Translations under genes and position numbers: made by a program
Assembly: GCF_032191835.1 (NCBI RefSeq)
Contig: NC_083232.1
Coordinates: 75,144,001-75,208,000 of the forward strand
Reading direction: 5' to 3'
DNA from: Heteronotia binoei
Lineage: Eukaryota
DNA: 64,000 nucleotides
Shown: piece by piece, positions 25,961 to 37,990 of the stretch
Numbering within the stretch: the first letter of the stretch is position 1
Layout: every line of letters starts with the position of its first letter
The notes under the pieces: model-generated
Seen by the model: only the letters and a program-made list of their open reading frames with translations
What the model was told of the DNA's origin: nothing
The model's database searches: none

Positions 25961-26145
25961 TATTGTGTTCTGACTATGGTTGTTGAAGGCTAGAGCTTGA
26001 AGCATGCTTCCATCACTCTCCAGGATCCTGATTTTGATTGGCTAGTTCCAAGAGAATGGTCAATTGAAATGTAGGCATCAGGATCCTGGAGAGTAATGGA
26101 AGCATGCAAGCTCTAGCTTTCAACAACCATATTCAGAACACAATA
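25961..26145. repeat. Long inverted repeat / foldback MITE
   Basis: Arms 25961-26031 and 26078-26145 are near-perfect reverse complements; 46-nt spacer. Confidence 0.9.
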
Positions 26146-26452
26146 GCGTCATCTTGCATTGTTGTGGAATGGATTTGAATACAGAAGTACTGTGGATGTG
26201 AATGGGGCACAGTTCTGCCTTCAATGATGTTAAAGATTAAGTCAGAAAGAAGCTGGGATATTGAGAGGAGAACAAAATTGTGGGGAACTAAGTCATGTGA
26301 TTTGGTTTCATATGATGCTGGGTTAGCTCTAGTGGATGTGAGGAGGTTGACCCAAGAGAACCTTTCAGGGCTATCCTGTGCAGAGTTAAATACTGGAGTA
26401 TCTCATAGATTTCAATGAGCTCAGACTAGAGTAACTCTGTTTGGGGGAGGGG

Positions 26453-26654
26453 GAGGGTTGCCAAATCCAGGTTGGGAAACTCCTGGAGATTTGGGGATGG
26501 AGCCTGGGACAGACAGGGACCTCAGTGGGGTGCAATACTGTAGAGTCCACTTTCCAAGGCATTCATTTTCTCCAGGGGAACTGATTTCTGTAGTCTGTGC
26601 ATGAGCTGTAATTCCAAGAGATCCCAATGTCCTGTCTGGAGGCTGGCTTCCCTA
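26453..26654. mobile_element. hAT-type MITE (TAGGGTTGCCA family), decayed
   Basis: GAGGGTTGCCAA start and GGCTTCCCTA end; body matches the other copies. Confidence 0.6.
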
Positions 26655-27034
26655 GACTGGACATGCAGTTCCAGCTTTCCTGACAGGAAACTGTAACCTG
26701 AAGTAGCATGGATAGGATGTGGAATTAATACCATTCCCACATAGGATCAAACCAGGACAACAGATAAGACTAGATATTGTGGTAGACATGTTTAACTGAT
26801 AAATAGAGGCCGGAATAACCTTAATATGGACTGCCTTGCTTTATGCTCACAAACTAAGGGTGCATTCACACACACAAAAATAACGTGCTTTGCAACTGTA
26901 TTTTTACTGAGTAAGAATGGCAAAATCCACTTGCAAACAGTCACCATATGACAGTACCCTAAGAATGGACTAGAACTATCCTAACACAAGCTTTTCAAGG
27001 TGACTGTATGGATAGAGAAGAGAGGGATATTCAG

Positions 27035-27210
27035 GGAGGGCTGTGGGCCTGTGGCTCAGTGGTAGAACATCTGCTTTGCAAGCAGAAGATCCCAGGTTCA
27101 AGCCCTGACATCCCCTGTTAAAAGAGCCAGGTGGAAGGTAATACAAAAGATCTTGACCCGAGACCCTGGAGGGTCATTACAAGCCAGAGTAGATACTTAC
27201 TGACCTTAGT
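27035..27210 (+). mobile_element. tRNA-derived SINE with CR1-like tail
   Basis: GTGGCTCAGTGGTAGAACATCTGC...CCCAGGTTCAAGCCC; homologous to 37155-37370. Confidence 0.7.
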
Positions 27211-29574
27211 ATGGCCTTTTCAAGGGAAGATATGGAATACAGTATGATTAGGTAGAGGTAAGTTGCTTAAATGTTTGAGAGCAGACACAAGTCTATATGT
27301 TACTCTGTTGCTTCTCATATGTTAGTTTACCTTAAACAAAACTGGATCCTGGATATTGGTCATGCTAACAAGACACAGGGAAAGAGCATTAACTGATTGA
27401 GATGATCACAGAAAACAACTTTGTGGTGTGTTTACACTACACTAGATCCGGATTTTTACTGTGTAAGAATAGTAAAAATCCAGATGTAAAACACATTATT
27501 TAGTGAATGCACCTTTGGTGTCTTATTTTGCTACTTTACAGATGTGCACATCATTATGTATATGTTTCCAATGGATGCTTATGCATATTTTGGTTTAACC
27601 AGGCTGGGGTTATCCATGAAATCATATATTATGAAATATTTTCACCAGTCTATTTTGTTATATAGCCCATTATTACTTAGACTACTGTTCAGCATCTCCT
27701 AAATCTCAGGGGAATTTACCCTTATGCTAAAATTCATGTATCGAGGCCTGTTCTGCAAAGGAAAGCCTTCACCTGCAATTAGTGTGTGTGCAGCATAATA
27801 AGTATTGAGTTCATATGATGTTGGCAATTTACGCACTACGAAGTCACCAAAACTAAGCTTGGCCGGAGTACATCATCAATCTTTTCTCAATAGTTCAACA
27901 AAGGAATCCATTTTCTTTTGATAAAAGCCCCATTGGTCTTGTGATCTATAAATCATCCTTTCAAAAGAAGCCCTTTGAAATATCAATTCAAGGTATTCTT
28001 GCAGACTATCATTTTATAGCTTTTCCTGGTGATGGAAGATAATGCCGGTGCCTATCAAAAAGGAAAATGCTGCCCATTTTTCACTGAATTTTCACAACTT
28101 TAGCAAGAGCTCTCTAGAGTCTCAAATATTGCTATCCCTGCTCTTCTGTAGCTTGTGAATTGAGTTAGAAGGCTTGTGTCAAAAAAGCACATTTTTAATA
28201 CGAGGGAAAGAGTGATGCGATTAAATACAAATCAAATTATAAAGAAGGGAGCTTTTTTCTCTTGTTGCCAGCTTCAGAAATCCAAGTCTCTTTCATATGA
28301 ACCATGAGTCAGTCTGTTTGCTCAAAGAGTAAGTTATCTAATATGACTGAAAGCACTGTGACACTTTAGAGATGAACTGTGCAGTCCTAAATGCAGCTGC
28401 ATCCTTATAAATACGCTGAAGTCAGTAGTCTTAGAAGGGTGTAACTCTGCTCAGGATGGCACTGTAACTGGGTTTTACTGGGCTGCATGAGCTTTTGTAA
28501 GCAGCAGTGTAACTTCATGTACCATATCATGCATGCTATGAGAACAGCCATTCCTGCTGGACCTGTGTTCTGAATTGGCAAAACATGGATTGGATCCTGA
28601 CTCAGTCTTGATGGTGCAAGACAAGCATCCCCATGAGTCTGTAAAGCTCTAAGTAGTATGAAAAACATGACAGAAGTGAAACAATCTACAATGAAGCTGT
28701 TTTACATAACTAATCCTTTCTGCCTCTAAATAACTGCTTATCACCTGCTGGTATATAATTGGTAGTATTTGTCTTGAAATAATGCTTTAACCTTGACTAC
28801 AATATTAAAAGAGGAGATTCAACTGTACTATTTTTTGGGAAATGCACTGAAATATTCTATTTATATTTTAATTGCATTCTGAGATTAAGCTTGCGATTAA
28901 AAGAACTTGTCTGTTTAACTCATTGTCTGATGTTTTGTCTGCTGGATATGTTGGGGTATTTGTGTGGCAAAATGAAATGCATTGGCCACATTTGTATTCT
29001 GCTGCTTGTGCTTTGTCAGATGAGAACTTTGATCTTTTAATTTCCTTTGAGGGCCAAACTCCACATTTGGTGAATGGCTTATAAAAAATAAAGGAGAGCC
29101 AGATGAATACTACCATGGAGGAGGACAGGCCCCCAACTCCCCCCCTAAGTTATTTTCCCACAGAAACAGCACTTGGGGGCAATTATTTCCCCATTTTTGC
29201 AGCTCCACATGCACAGAATACTTCTTATAGAGCAGCAAACCCAGAACCAAGACCAACTAATTAAGGAAACTATCTATGTAGTTAAACCCCAATGACATCA
29301 TCATTGTGATCCTAGTTGTTCTGATCCTACAGACTCATTTAGATCTGTTCCCAATAAGCCATGGAAAGTTTCACAGGTATATCTGCTTAAGAAAGCAATG
29401 CCTTCTCAGTGGCCACGGCAATGGTTGCTAGGCATCCACAACAATATCACCAGCTTTAAAACCCTGGCTGCTGTCAGTAAAAAGCTGTGGGAGGACCCTT
29501 CAAGGGCTTTTTGGCATCCCAGTCCACCCCTGCTACCTTGCCTTCTCCCTTGGAAGGAAGACTCATTGGGGGTG

Positions 29575-29849
29575 TGTTATGACTTGAAACATAAGCGAAT
29601 GTACCGCATGGCGACCGCTACAGAGGCGACCCAGGGAAACCCACGGGTCCCCGGATGTAGCTCGCTAGACGCCCCGCCCATCAAGATCTGCGGCGGGAAG
29701 TATAAATGGCCAGGATTGGACTGGTCAGACTGGGGGCAGTTCCGGGAAATGTATATAAGTGGGACCCAGCCCACGTGTTCCCTCTCTTGTAATGTACCAC
29801 CGAATAAAGCATGTTGCCTTCAACCCATCTTGTAATCCAGTATATTACA
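29575..29849 (+). mobile_element. Solo LTR (275 bp) with 5-bp TSD
   Basis: TGTTAT...ATTACA termini; TSD GGGTG at 29570-29574 and 29850-29854; internal TATATAAG (~29752) and AATAAA (~29803). Confidence 0.9.
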
Positions 29850-30029
29850 GGGTGAATCCAGCAGTAACCAGCAGAATCTTGTCACCAGATGACTGAATGC
29901 CATACAACTTGCAACAGCCACCACACAAATCACTTGAGTGACTTACTACCACACAACTTTTGCAACTTGGGGAATTTTCCCAGGGAGAGGCTGCCAGGGA
30001 GAGGGAAGGAGGGAAAGCAGACAATCATT

Positions 30030-30210
30030 GTAGTATAGTGGAGCGTTTCAGACTAGGAGTCCCAGGTTCAAACCTCATAGACGCTTGCTAAGTAACCTTG
30101 GACCAGTCACTGTCAGCCTAATCTATTCCAGAATGTTGTTGTAAGGATAAAACAGGGGAGGAGAATGGCTTTGGGTTCTCACTGGGAAGAAAGATAGTGT
30201 ATAAATGAAG
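30030..30210 (+). mobile_element. Old MIR/Squam3-like SINE
   Basis: TGTAGTATAGTGG...CCCAGGTTCAAAC...GTAACCTTGGACCAGTCAC...GTATAAAT. Confidence 0.6.
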
Positions 30211-32214
30211 TCTGGGGGTGGGGCAGATAAAAGAAAGGTTAGTTGGTGAGTAGGAAGGTAACAAAGCAGCAAAAGGGGAGAGAAACATGAAATTGTGTGG
30301 GAAAGGGGGATACAGAAGGAAATGAAATGGCTTTTACAGCTCCTGGTAGGGTTCCCTCTCTTGTATGTACATAAAGAGGATTCAATTAGCTTTTTCCTTG
30401 AATTCTCCTCCCTACTCTGTGCCATGTGGATTTTGTGATTTTTTTGGGGTGGTCAAAAGGGGACCCCATCTTTCTTTTTCACTGGCAGAAATGCTGGTTG
30501 GACTCAGCCCATTGGGAAGGAGGGAGACAAGGATAAATGGAGCTTGTTTTTCCAAAAGAGTTTATAAAAAGCATCTTTATTTATCAGGGAGAAATCTGTT
30601 TTAAGATAGCAACCCTATGTGCAATTACTTGGTAGTAAGCAATTGAACTTGGTGACATTTGCTTCTAAGTACAATAAGCAGAAGACTGGGCCATAATATA
30701 TGTAGGTGCCATCTATGTGCTATCATATGTCACAATGTCAGATGATTGCTTTTCCATTTACTGAAAGCATTTAGTCCACTTCATTGAAACAATTTCACAG
30801 CCAGTATAAATTTATCACTTATCCTATGTCAATATCTGCAATGTTCTATTTTCAGTTTAACAGACAGTCCTTGCTGACATTGGTTGCTCTTTATTTGATG
30901 GATATAAGTGTTGGGCTTTCAATAAGACAGGGTTAAGATCCAGCCAAAGTCCCACTGATTTCTGTGGAAGAATTAAGCATTGGTTTTTCTCATTTTTAAA
31001 TCAATGGGATAAAAGTGCATAACTTTAGCTGGATTTGCCCATATTCTTCATTCTGGGCAAAAATCTCCTAAAGTCATTCATCCCATCAATAGATATGGGA
31101 TGTGCACAGTCTGCTTGAAATAATAGCCGTTTCTGATCTACTTGTAGGCAACAACTGTAATAAAATGTGCCATTAGGAACATACTTGGAACGTCATAGCC
31201 TAACATCTCTTCAGTACTTCTCGAATGCTTTAGACGTATATGACCTTGCTTCACATTCTAACAGGCAACTAAGCTTCAGGGGAAAAAATACAAAAGAAAC
31301 TGCTCGATTAAGAAAACCCTTGCAATTTTCAATTATATGGCATTTCATAAACTGTTCTATTTTAGCAGAAGCAATGTCAGTTTTATAAAAGATAATGAAC
31401 TATGCTTCACATACTGTCATATTTTGACATGTTCGTGTCTGGAAAATAAACTCTGTGCTGTTGAAACGGTCAGTCTCCACTAGCAGAAATGGCCAGCTGT
31501 TCTTTTGTTTTTGAGTCAGAAAGGAGTTCTGCTGAGAGGAAGAGTGGTGTTTTTCTGCAAAAAGATCATGGCTGTGATCATTCAGCACACGTGCATTTTT
31601 CCGCTTTGTAGACAGCAGTCAGGTCATTTCTTTTAAAAAATCACAGAGATAAACAAGGAAAACATTTTAATTGTAGGGAAAGTTTGCCACATAATTTGCT
31701 TGGTTTCTGAATCCCAATCCCCCCTCCCCCCCAGAAATTATTTCAGAAACGTTTTCTTAGCAGCTATTTTACTTCTCAATGGGATGAATATGCATAATGC
31801 TCATGTATTATTAGACCTAAAACTGGAGTTGGATTAAATATTATATAAAGTATGATATGGTCAATTATACTAGAGCACTCTACATTGCCGCCTGCTCCTT
31901 GTAAGGTCCCTACTGATGGTGCCTGTTTCCTGTCACAAAAAGCCAGTGTTACTTGCTGTGAGAATTTTAGAACTTATTCCATGCCTGCCATCTCTCCCAA
32001 CCTCTCAATGAACTGTGGAGCTTACCTACAGGAAGTGGAAGATGAACGCAATAGATCTATCTAATTACCTCTTTTGGGGCCAGGTGAACTTCAACCAAGA
32101 ATGGCCACTTACCAATCACATCTCCCGTTTCAGTACGTCACACTGATTTGGAGGAAAAAGCGTAAATATGACAGGTGTGGAGGGTTAGAATGGTAAGTGT
32201 GTAACATATTGTTT

Positions 32215-32430
32215 GTTTGTGTGTCTGTAAAATACCATCAAGTCTCAGCCAATTTATGGCAACTCCAGCAAGGGACTTTCAAGGCAAGTGAGAAGCAGCA
32301 GTGGTTGGCCATTGCCTTCTTCAGCAGAGTCTTCTTTGGTGCTCTCCTTTCCAAGGACACTCTGCTTAGCTTCCAAAGTATGAAGAGATCAGGCTGCCTT
32401 TCCTCCCATGCATACCATATTTGGAAGAAG
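32215..32430 (-). mobile_element. 5S/Sauria-type SINE, decayed
   Basis: Reverse-complement similarity to 1830-2035. Confidence 0.6.
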
Positions 32431-33764
32431 TAAAATCAGGTAAATAAGGGAAAGGCCTCCCAGGGCTGATTCTCTGGCGAAGCCACCCAAGTGACTACTT
32501 GGGATGACATATTGAGGAGGGTGCTGATACATTATGTGGATTCAAATAGCTTCCAGACATCAGCAGCATGAGAGATGGCTGGTGTCACTTCCTGGGTCCA
32601 TGCTGCCATTGGCTGGGTCCACACCACTTTGACTTGAACTTGGATGATGGTAGCTCAGGAGGAGGAGATAAAGGGCAAACCTTGCTTGGGGGCTGCAAAA
32701 TACCTTGAACTGCCCCTGCTTGCTAGCCCTGAACAGCACATGCAGATCTTAGAGGTAGAGAAGGCGGAGACAATTCTTAGAGCCCCAACCAGGTACCCAA
32801 AGGTTTTGTTCAAAATGGAATCCACTCTGTGAGTTCCCCTTTCTTCATCCCTTGAAGCCCCAGATCTATAGGTAGGTAGGGCTGGTAGAATCTTGAATAG
32901 CAGGGCATAGTGAGGTGGTAGGATTAGGAGAAGGAACCAAAACATTGCTTATGGCAAGCCAGGTCAAAACGTTGGCATAAATGAAGCGAGACAAATGTAG
33001 TTTTAACAAACATGATTTTGGTGGAGCTCCATAAAATCTTTGTCCTAAGATTAGATGATAGTTTGAGATTCTCAGTCTACTTTCCTTTCCTTTCCTTCTT
33101 TAAAGATATACTGTACAGAACATTTTGATGTATTTCCTTCCTTTTCTAGAAACCTTTTCATAAGTAACCTTTGGTTGTTTTAGTTATTGATTTATGTTCC
33201 CATAACCAATAATTAAAATCAGTCCAACAGATCCCCATCTATTCTTTAGCATGATTATTTAGCGTAAACAGACAAGTTTATTTTTATACATATTCTAGAA
33301 ACAGAAGGTTGTGTGACAGAGTAGATGTTTCAGTTATTAAATGGTGGGAAAATATCATGAGTGGGACTGAAACCCAGATGCCGTCTTATATGTTATTAGA
33401 AAGGGAAAAGGAAACAGCAGATTATGCTTGGGGAACTCACAGCCTTTCACTTTGGAGAGGTTATCCAAATGTTTCCCCTGCCTCTGATTTGGTGCAGGAA
33501 TAGGCAACTCTTTTTGGCTCAGTGACCTCCAAAGACCCCTTATGTAACATATATCTGTGAAGATGATGGTGTGCCAACAAACTGAGGGTAGGGGAGAGTT
33601 ACTGGCTTGATTCAAGTAAAATCTAGGGGTGTAATGGGGCTTGGAGTGCCAAACTCCATATAATACTGTATTTTGGGTTGCAAAATTCAAAGGATAAATA
33701 TAGTATTTCCTTGCTGGTTTGTCAGATCATTTATATAGAATACCAATATCTGCTCCTGACCTGG

Positions 33765-33930
33765 ATATCGCAGGCTAGCATGATCTTTCAGATCTTGGAA
33801 GCTAAGCAGGGTTTAGTTCTGGTTAGTTTTTGGATGGGAGACCACCAAGGTAGTCCGGGGTTTCTATGCAGAGCCAGGCTATGGCAAACCAACTCTGAAT
33901 GACTCTTGCCTTGTCAACCCTATGACTTGG
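33765..33930 (+). mobile_element. 5S rRNA-derived SINE
   Basis: GATCTTTCAGATCTTGGAAGCTAAGCAGGG...GGTTAGT..TTGGATGGGAGACCACC (5S-like) then CTATGGCAAACC tail. Confidence 0.7.
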
Positions 33931-34670
33931 CCACAAGAAAAAAATGAGGGGAATACAAAGTCTTGTCATCCCCCCCCTACTCCTTGTTGCATGGCTTTCA
34001 ACCCCAATTTAGAAATACAAAGGAAAATCACAGCATTTGAGCTAGAGGCCACAACAAAAACATAGAATTTTTGCTGGGAATTCTGTGCCGGTTCTTCGTG
34101 CCTATACAAACCATTGTGGTTTGAGTACAGCCGCCTGTCTATACTGAGAAACACAGACAGACAAGGAGTCAGGATAAATTGTCTTAATAAACTCTTCTTT
34201 TATTTGAAGAAACAACTATAATAAGCTTGTGAGTTGTGAGTGCTGTAGCAGACAGGTCAATAATCTACTTCCTAATTCACTCAGAATTATATTAGATCAC
34301 TCAAAAGAAAGCAGCTTATTATAGTTAATCTTCAACATTCATCTTTAATCTCTCTCTTTCATTAAAATCAGATGCTGGCCAAGCTCCTGGGTATATAGTG
34401 ATACGCTGTCTCCATCTTGCATAAGAAAACAGCATATTTTTAGATTTACGTTGGATAAATCTAAATCCCCATACTCTCCAGTGAGGAGTACAAGGGATAC
34501 AGAGAGCTCAGTCAGGTCGAATAGAGTCACTTACCAGAATATGATGGGCCAGTTTCCTACTTGTTTTATACTGCATTCAGTGATTTTTATGTAAAACAGA
34601 ATCAGGCTTATCTGTGATGCAGAATGACCTGTACTGGGCGCTTCCTGATGTATTTTTATCCATATGAAAG

Positions 34671-34986
34671 AGTAGTAGCTAGGGGGCCCCTATCATCATC
34701 AAAGTGACAGTTGCCCCGCCCACACATGCATGCCCCACCCACACAAAAACAAGTGTCGTATGTTTCCTTATGGGGGAGTGATGCAACAGTCCCCGAGGGA
34801 GCGGCTAGGGATCCCCCCCCCCAAGGAATGCCAGATGTTTCCTAAGGGGGAAAGGAGGGTTAGCCACTGGTGCAACAGGCTTCATATTGTTTGAGAAAAA
34901 GCACGTTTTGCAACACAGACGTTATTTAGAGAATTGTGGAGATGCAACAGTTCTAAGCGGCCATAGTTTGGAGAGAAGACATACCC
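34671..34986 (+). repeat. Left terminal inverted repeat of the Polinton-like element
   Basis: About 95% identical (roughly 15-16 differences by manual alignment) to the reverse complement of 41510-41827. Confidence 0.95.
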
Positions 34987-36646
34987 ATTTTGTACAGATG
35001 AAACAGCATGCCCTCCCACGACACTCTTCAAACAGGTGCGTAACATCCTTGTAAGAACTGCATTTTGTACACCATGCCCTGGAGGGACATGCTGTTTCGT
35101 CTTGGGCCGCCAGCTCACCATGCCTCTTAAAACAAAAGTCGCTACTACAATATAAGCAGCAGTTGGGACATTTCTTAGGCGTCCCTAGGATCGTTTTACA
35201 TTCTGCGGTGGAACACATTCTACAAAATTGAGTACACTTATGGTAATGGTTTTATAGGGTGTAACAATACCTGCAATAATTCCTAGACCCAAAAAATATC
35301 TTAATGTGAAGAATGCCATAAAAATGAACACTATGTAAAAGCATAAAATGCGTCTCAGGATATTTTGGGGGCTGTGTTTTAAATATACTCCATCCCTTAT
35401 CAGAACACAACACAACATGAATGTTCACTTTTAAATGTTCCTCAACTGTTGATATGTCACAGAGACCCACCTTTTTCTGATCAGACCATCCTAATTCACT
35501 GTGTAATTTTCTAGCTGCCTCTAACAGGATTGCGTCAGAAGGATCCCCCGCTCTTTTCATTACATCCATAAGCCCCACCGCAAAGCATAGGTTGTTGTAG
35601 TAATCAAAAATGCCATTTTTTTCAATTATTGAACTGTAAGGGATAGACAAGCACCACCCCTTGGGGGCTTTGAAACAGTCACAATTAAGCGCAGTGTGTC
35701 GGTGCTGAGTTTTTCTCTATTGCTTTGCAGCATATTTACCACAAACTCCAGAAACTCATCCGCATTGAGATGGTCTTTCTTTTTCTTAAATGAAAATAAT
35801 GGATTTTGTAGACCTTCCCCCTGTAGGCGCATTTGAACAAAATCTCCCTCATCTATGCCACCATTAATCTCATCCAGAACATCCTGGATCCCCCTCGTTA
35901 GCACTTCCAAGGCATGTGCAAAGGAGCGCACGTGTTCTAAATTTACAAAGCGAAATTCCTCGCTGGTTACCAAAGTCCTAAATCTTTCATAGGGCATCTG
36001 CCACCCCCTCACACATTCCACATAGACTTCAGGAGGTTGTGGAGAGGCATTTGGACCCCCCAGCACAGCCTTTACCACCTCCACACCATCAGGGCTGTCG
36101 GAGACTTTAGGAGGTGATGGAGAGGTTGCACATCTCTCTGCTGTGCCCTCCCCAATCCCATTGGTGCTAGCAGAACGTGCTTCCCCATCCTCCTCTCCCC
36201 CCACCTCATCAGCTTGAACAGACATCAGGTCTGGGGAGTCCCTTACACCTTCAGAGACATTGTTGGGCAGAGCCCCCCCATACTGAATAGCGCTATCAAT
36301 ACACGCTGAGTACTTTGCATTATTTTTAATCAATTCGCTCTCATAGTTGTCAAACAGCTTGGAGATCTTGTTGCAAACATCACGAGCCTCCATGGCTTTC
36401 TTAATAAGATTATCTTTCTCTTTCAATTGTTGAGTGAGTTTGAAAAGAGATTCAGTTAATTCCATCCGTTTTTTAGGTTGATCGCTATCGCTTATTACGC
36501 CCCCCCCCCTTCGTTGGTTCTTGCACTGTCAGTTTTTCTCTTTTTAGGCTTAGGCCCCTTCTGGCTGTTGGTAGACACAGAACGTTTCTTTTGAGGTGTA
36601 CCATCACCCTGCAACGGCATTGCAGCTTGTGATGTTCCAGCTACAG
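34922..36646 (-). pseudogene. Disrupted N-terminal part of Polinton protein-primed DNA polymerase B polyprotein (basic/coiled-coil leader, terminal-protein-like region, vOTU-like domain, Cys-rich region); exonuclease and polymerase core missing
   Basis: ORFs 36495-36689, 35626-36465, 35252-35650 and 34922-35218 join via a poly-G frameshift (36500-36509), a frameshift at ~35650 after PRGG, and one in-frame TAA (35252-35254). Motifs MLQSN, PPRGG, NNLCFAVGL, HFYGI, CRYC, HKCTQFCRMC and CSSDFCFKRH match my recollection of vertebrate Maverick/adintovirus PolB N-termini. Confidence 0.82.
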
Positions 36647-36826
36647 CTTCAAGAAAATAAACATACATAGATGTAGACCAAAAAAACACGCTGTGATCAT
36701 GTAAAACTGCGCAATTGTATTGGACAAAAGTACATTAAACTTGTACAGAAAGTTTTAAAAGATGATTATGATGTTTAAAACAAAATTATTTTTGTTAAAT
36801 ATGACTCCACAAAAAACCCTACAAAA

Positions 36827-36828
36827 AT

Positions 36829-36867
<39 letters not shown>

Positions 36868-37115
36868 TTCCGTAACTTATACCCCGCCCTTCCCACAGAG
36901 TGGCTTAGGGCGGCTCACAGCAAACGATAAAACAATAAAACAGGAGCAAAGTTATTACAATTAAAAAATAAGCATTTAAAGACCTAAAAACCTTAAAATT
37001 TCAACATTAAAACTATACTGTATAAATCACAAAAATCTAGTAAGTTACATTTATCCAGTCAGGCGTAGGCTAACCGGAAGAGGGTTGTCTTACAGGCCCT
37101 GCGGAACTGAGTAAG
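36827..37115 (-). mobile_element. L2 3' fragment nested in the Polinton-like element, with (TAAA)n tail
   Basis: Minus strand reads LTQFRRACKTTLFRLAYA*, then a short UTR ending GGGCGGGGTATAAG and (TAAA)n at ~36827-36870. Confidence 0.85.
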
Positions 37116-37154
37116 AATTGTAACCAATTGATAATACATACAGGATATACATAA

Positions 37155-37370
37155 GGGGAGGGATGGTAGCTCAGTGGTAGAGCATCTGCTTGGTAAGCAG
37201 AAGGTCCCAAGTTGAATCCCTAGCATCTCCAACTAAAAAGGGTCCAGACAGGTAGGTGTGAAAAACCTCAGCTTCAGACCCTGGAGAGCCACTGCCAGTC
37301 TGAGTAGACAATACTGACTTTGATGGACCAAGGGTCTGATTCAGTATAAGGCAGCTTCATATGTTCATAT
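37155..37370 (+). mobile_element. tRNA-derived SINE with CR1-like tail, nested in the Polinton-like element
   Basis: GGTAGCTCAGTGGTAGAGCATCTGC...GTCCCAAGTTGAATCCC (box A/B), ending CAGCTTCATATGTTCATAT. Confidence 0.85.
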
Positions 37371-37769
37371 ATGTATGTTGGTTTATGGTAACTAATGCTG
37401 GGATAATTTTGCCAAGCAGTGGAAAAAGTTGGAAGCCTCAACTCTAGAAAATACCTGAAACGGCTGAAATAGACATCACGACAGTGGTTCTAAATGTTGA
37501 ACCTATGCAGGAAGTGTTGGAGAGTTGGGCTCCTTTCTATGAATGGCCCTTTTTCACAGAGTATTAAGGTGTATCAAAATGTTATTCAAAACCCCCCTAA
37601 AATCTGTTGATAAAACCTTCTACAAGTCTCGTGCCAGCATTACAATGTTGTAAAAACTAAGCATCTTTAAGTGTCAAAATCTCTTATACACAAATATTTA
37701 CTGCAACATTCAAATTTTATTAATCCCCTAAAAAAACCTATACAGATCTCATTAGTTTCATATAAAATA

Positions 37770-37862
37770 AGAATATAAGAGAAGCCATGTTGGATATACA
37801 CATATATATACACACTGTGGCTAATAGCCACTGATGGACCTCTGCTCCATATTTTTATGCAA
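37770..37862 (-). mobile_element. Short CR1 3'-end fragment
   Basis: AGAGAAGCCATGTTGGAT...CACACTGTGGCTAATAGCC...CTCTGCTCCATATTTTTAT matches the 3' end of the CR1 at 40423-40565. Confidence 0.8.
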
Positions 37863-37926
37863 AAATGCAAAAGCTGCCACATTTGTGCAGTATTGATTTT
37901 GAATCCCATATGCTGTTAAAAGTGAC

Positions 37927-37943
37927 TCTCTCTCTCTCTCTGA

Positions 37944-37981
<38 letters not shown>

Positions 37982-37982
37982 G
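37927..37982 (+). repeat. (TC)n(AC)n microsatellite
   Basis: Directly visible. Confidence 0.95.
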
Positions 37983-37990
37983 AGTGAGAT

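Noticed and set aside
37155-37225. tRNA-like sequence
   Set aside because: Continues into a SINE body and CR1-like tail; not a tRNA gene.
37448-37567. Plus-strand peptide KIPETAEIDITTVVLNVEPMQEVLESWAPFYEWPFFTEY inside the Polinton-like element
   Set aside because: Only 40 codons, no start, no recognised homology; it could be a fragment of a lost Polinton gene but is not supportable here.
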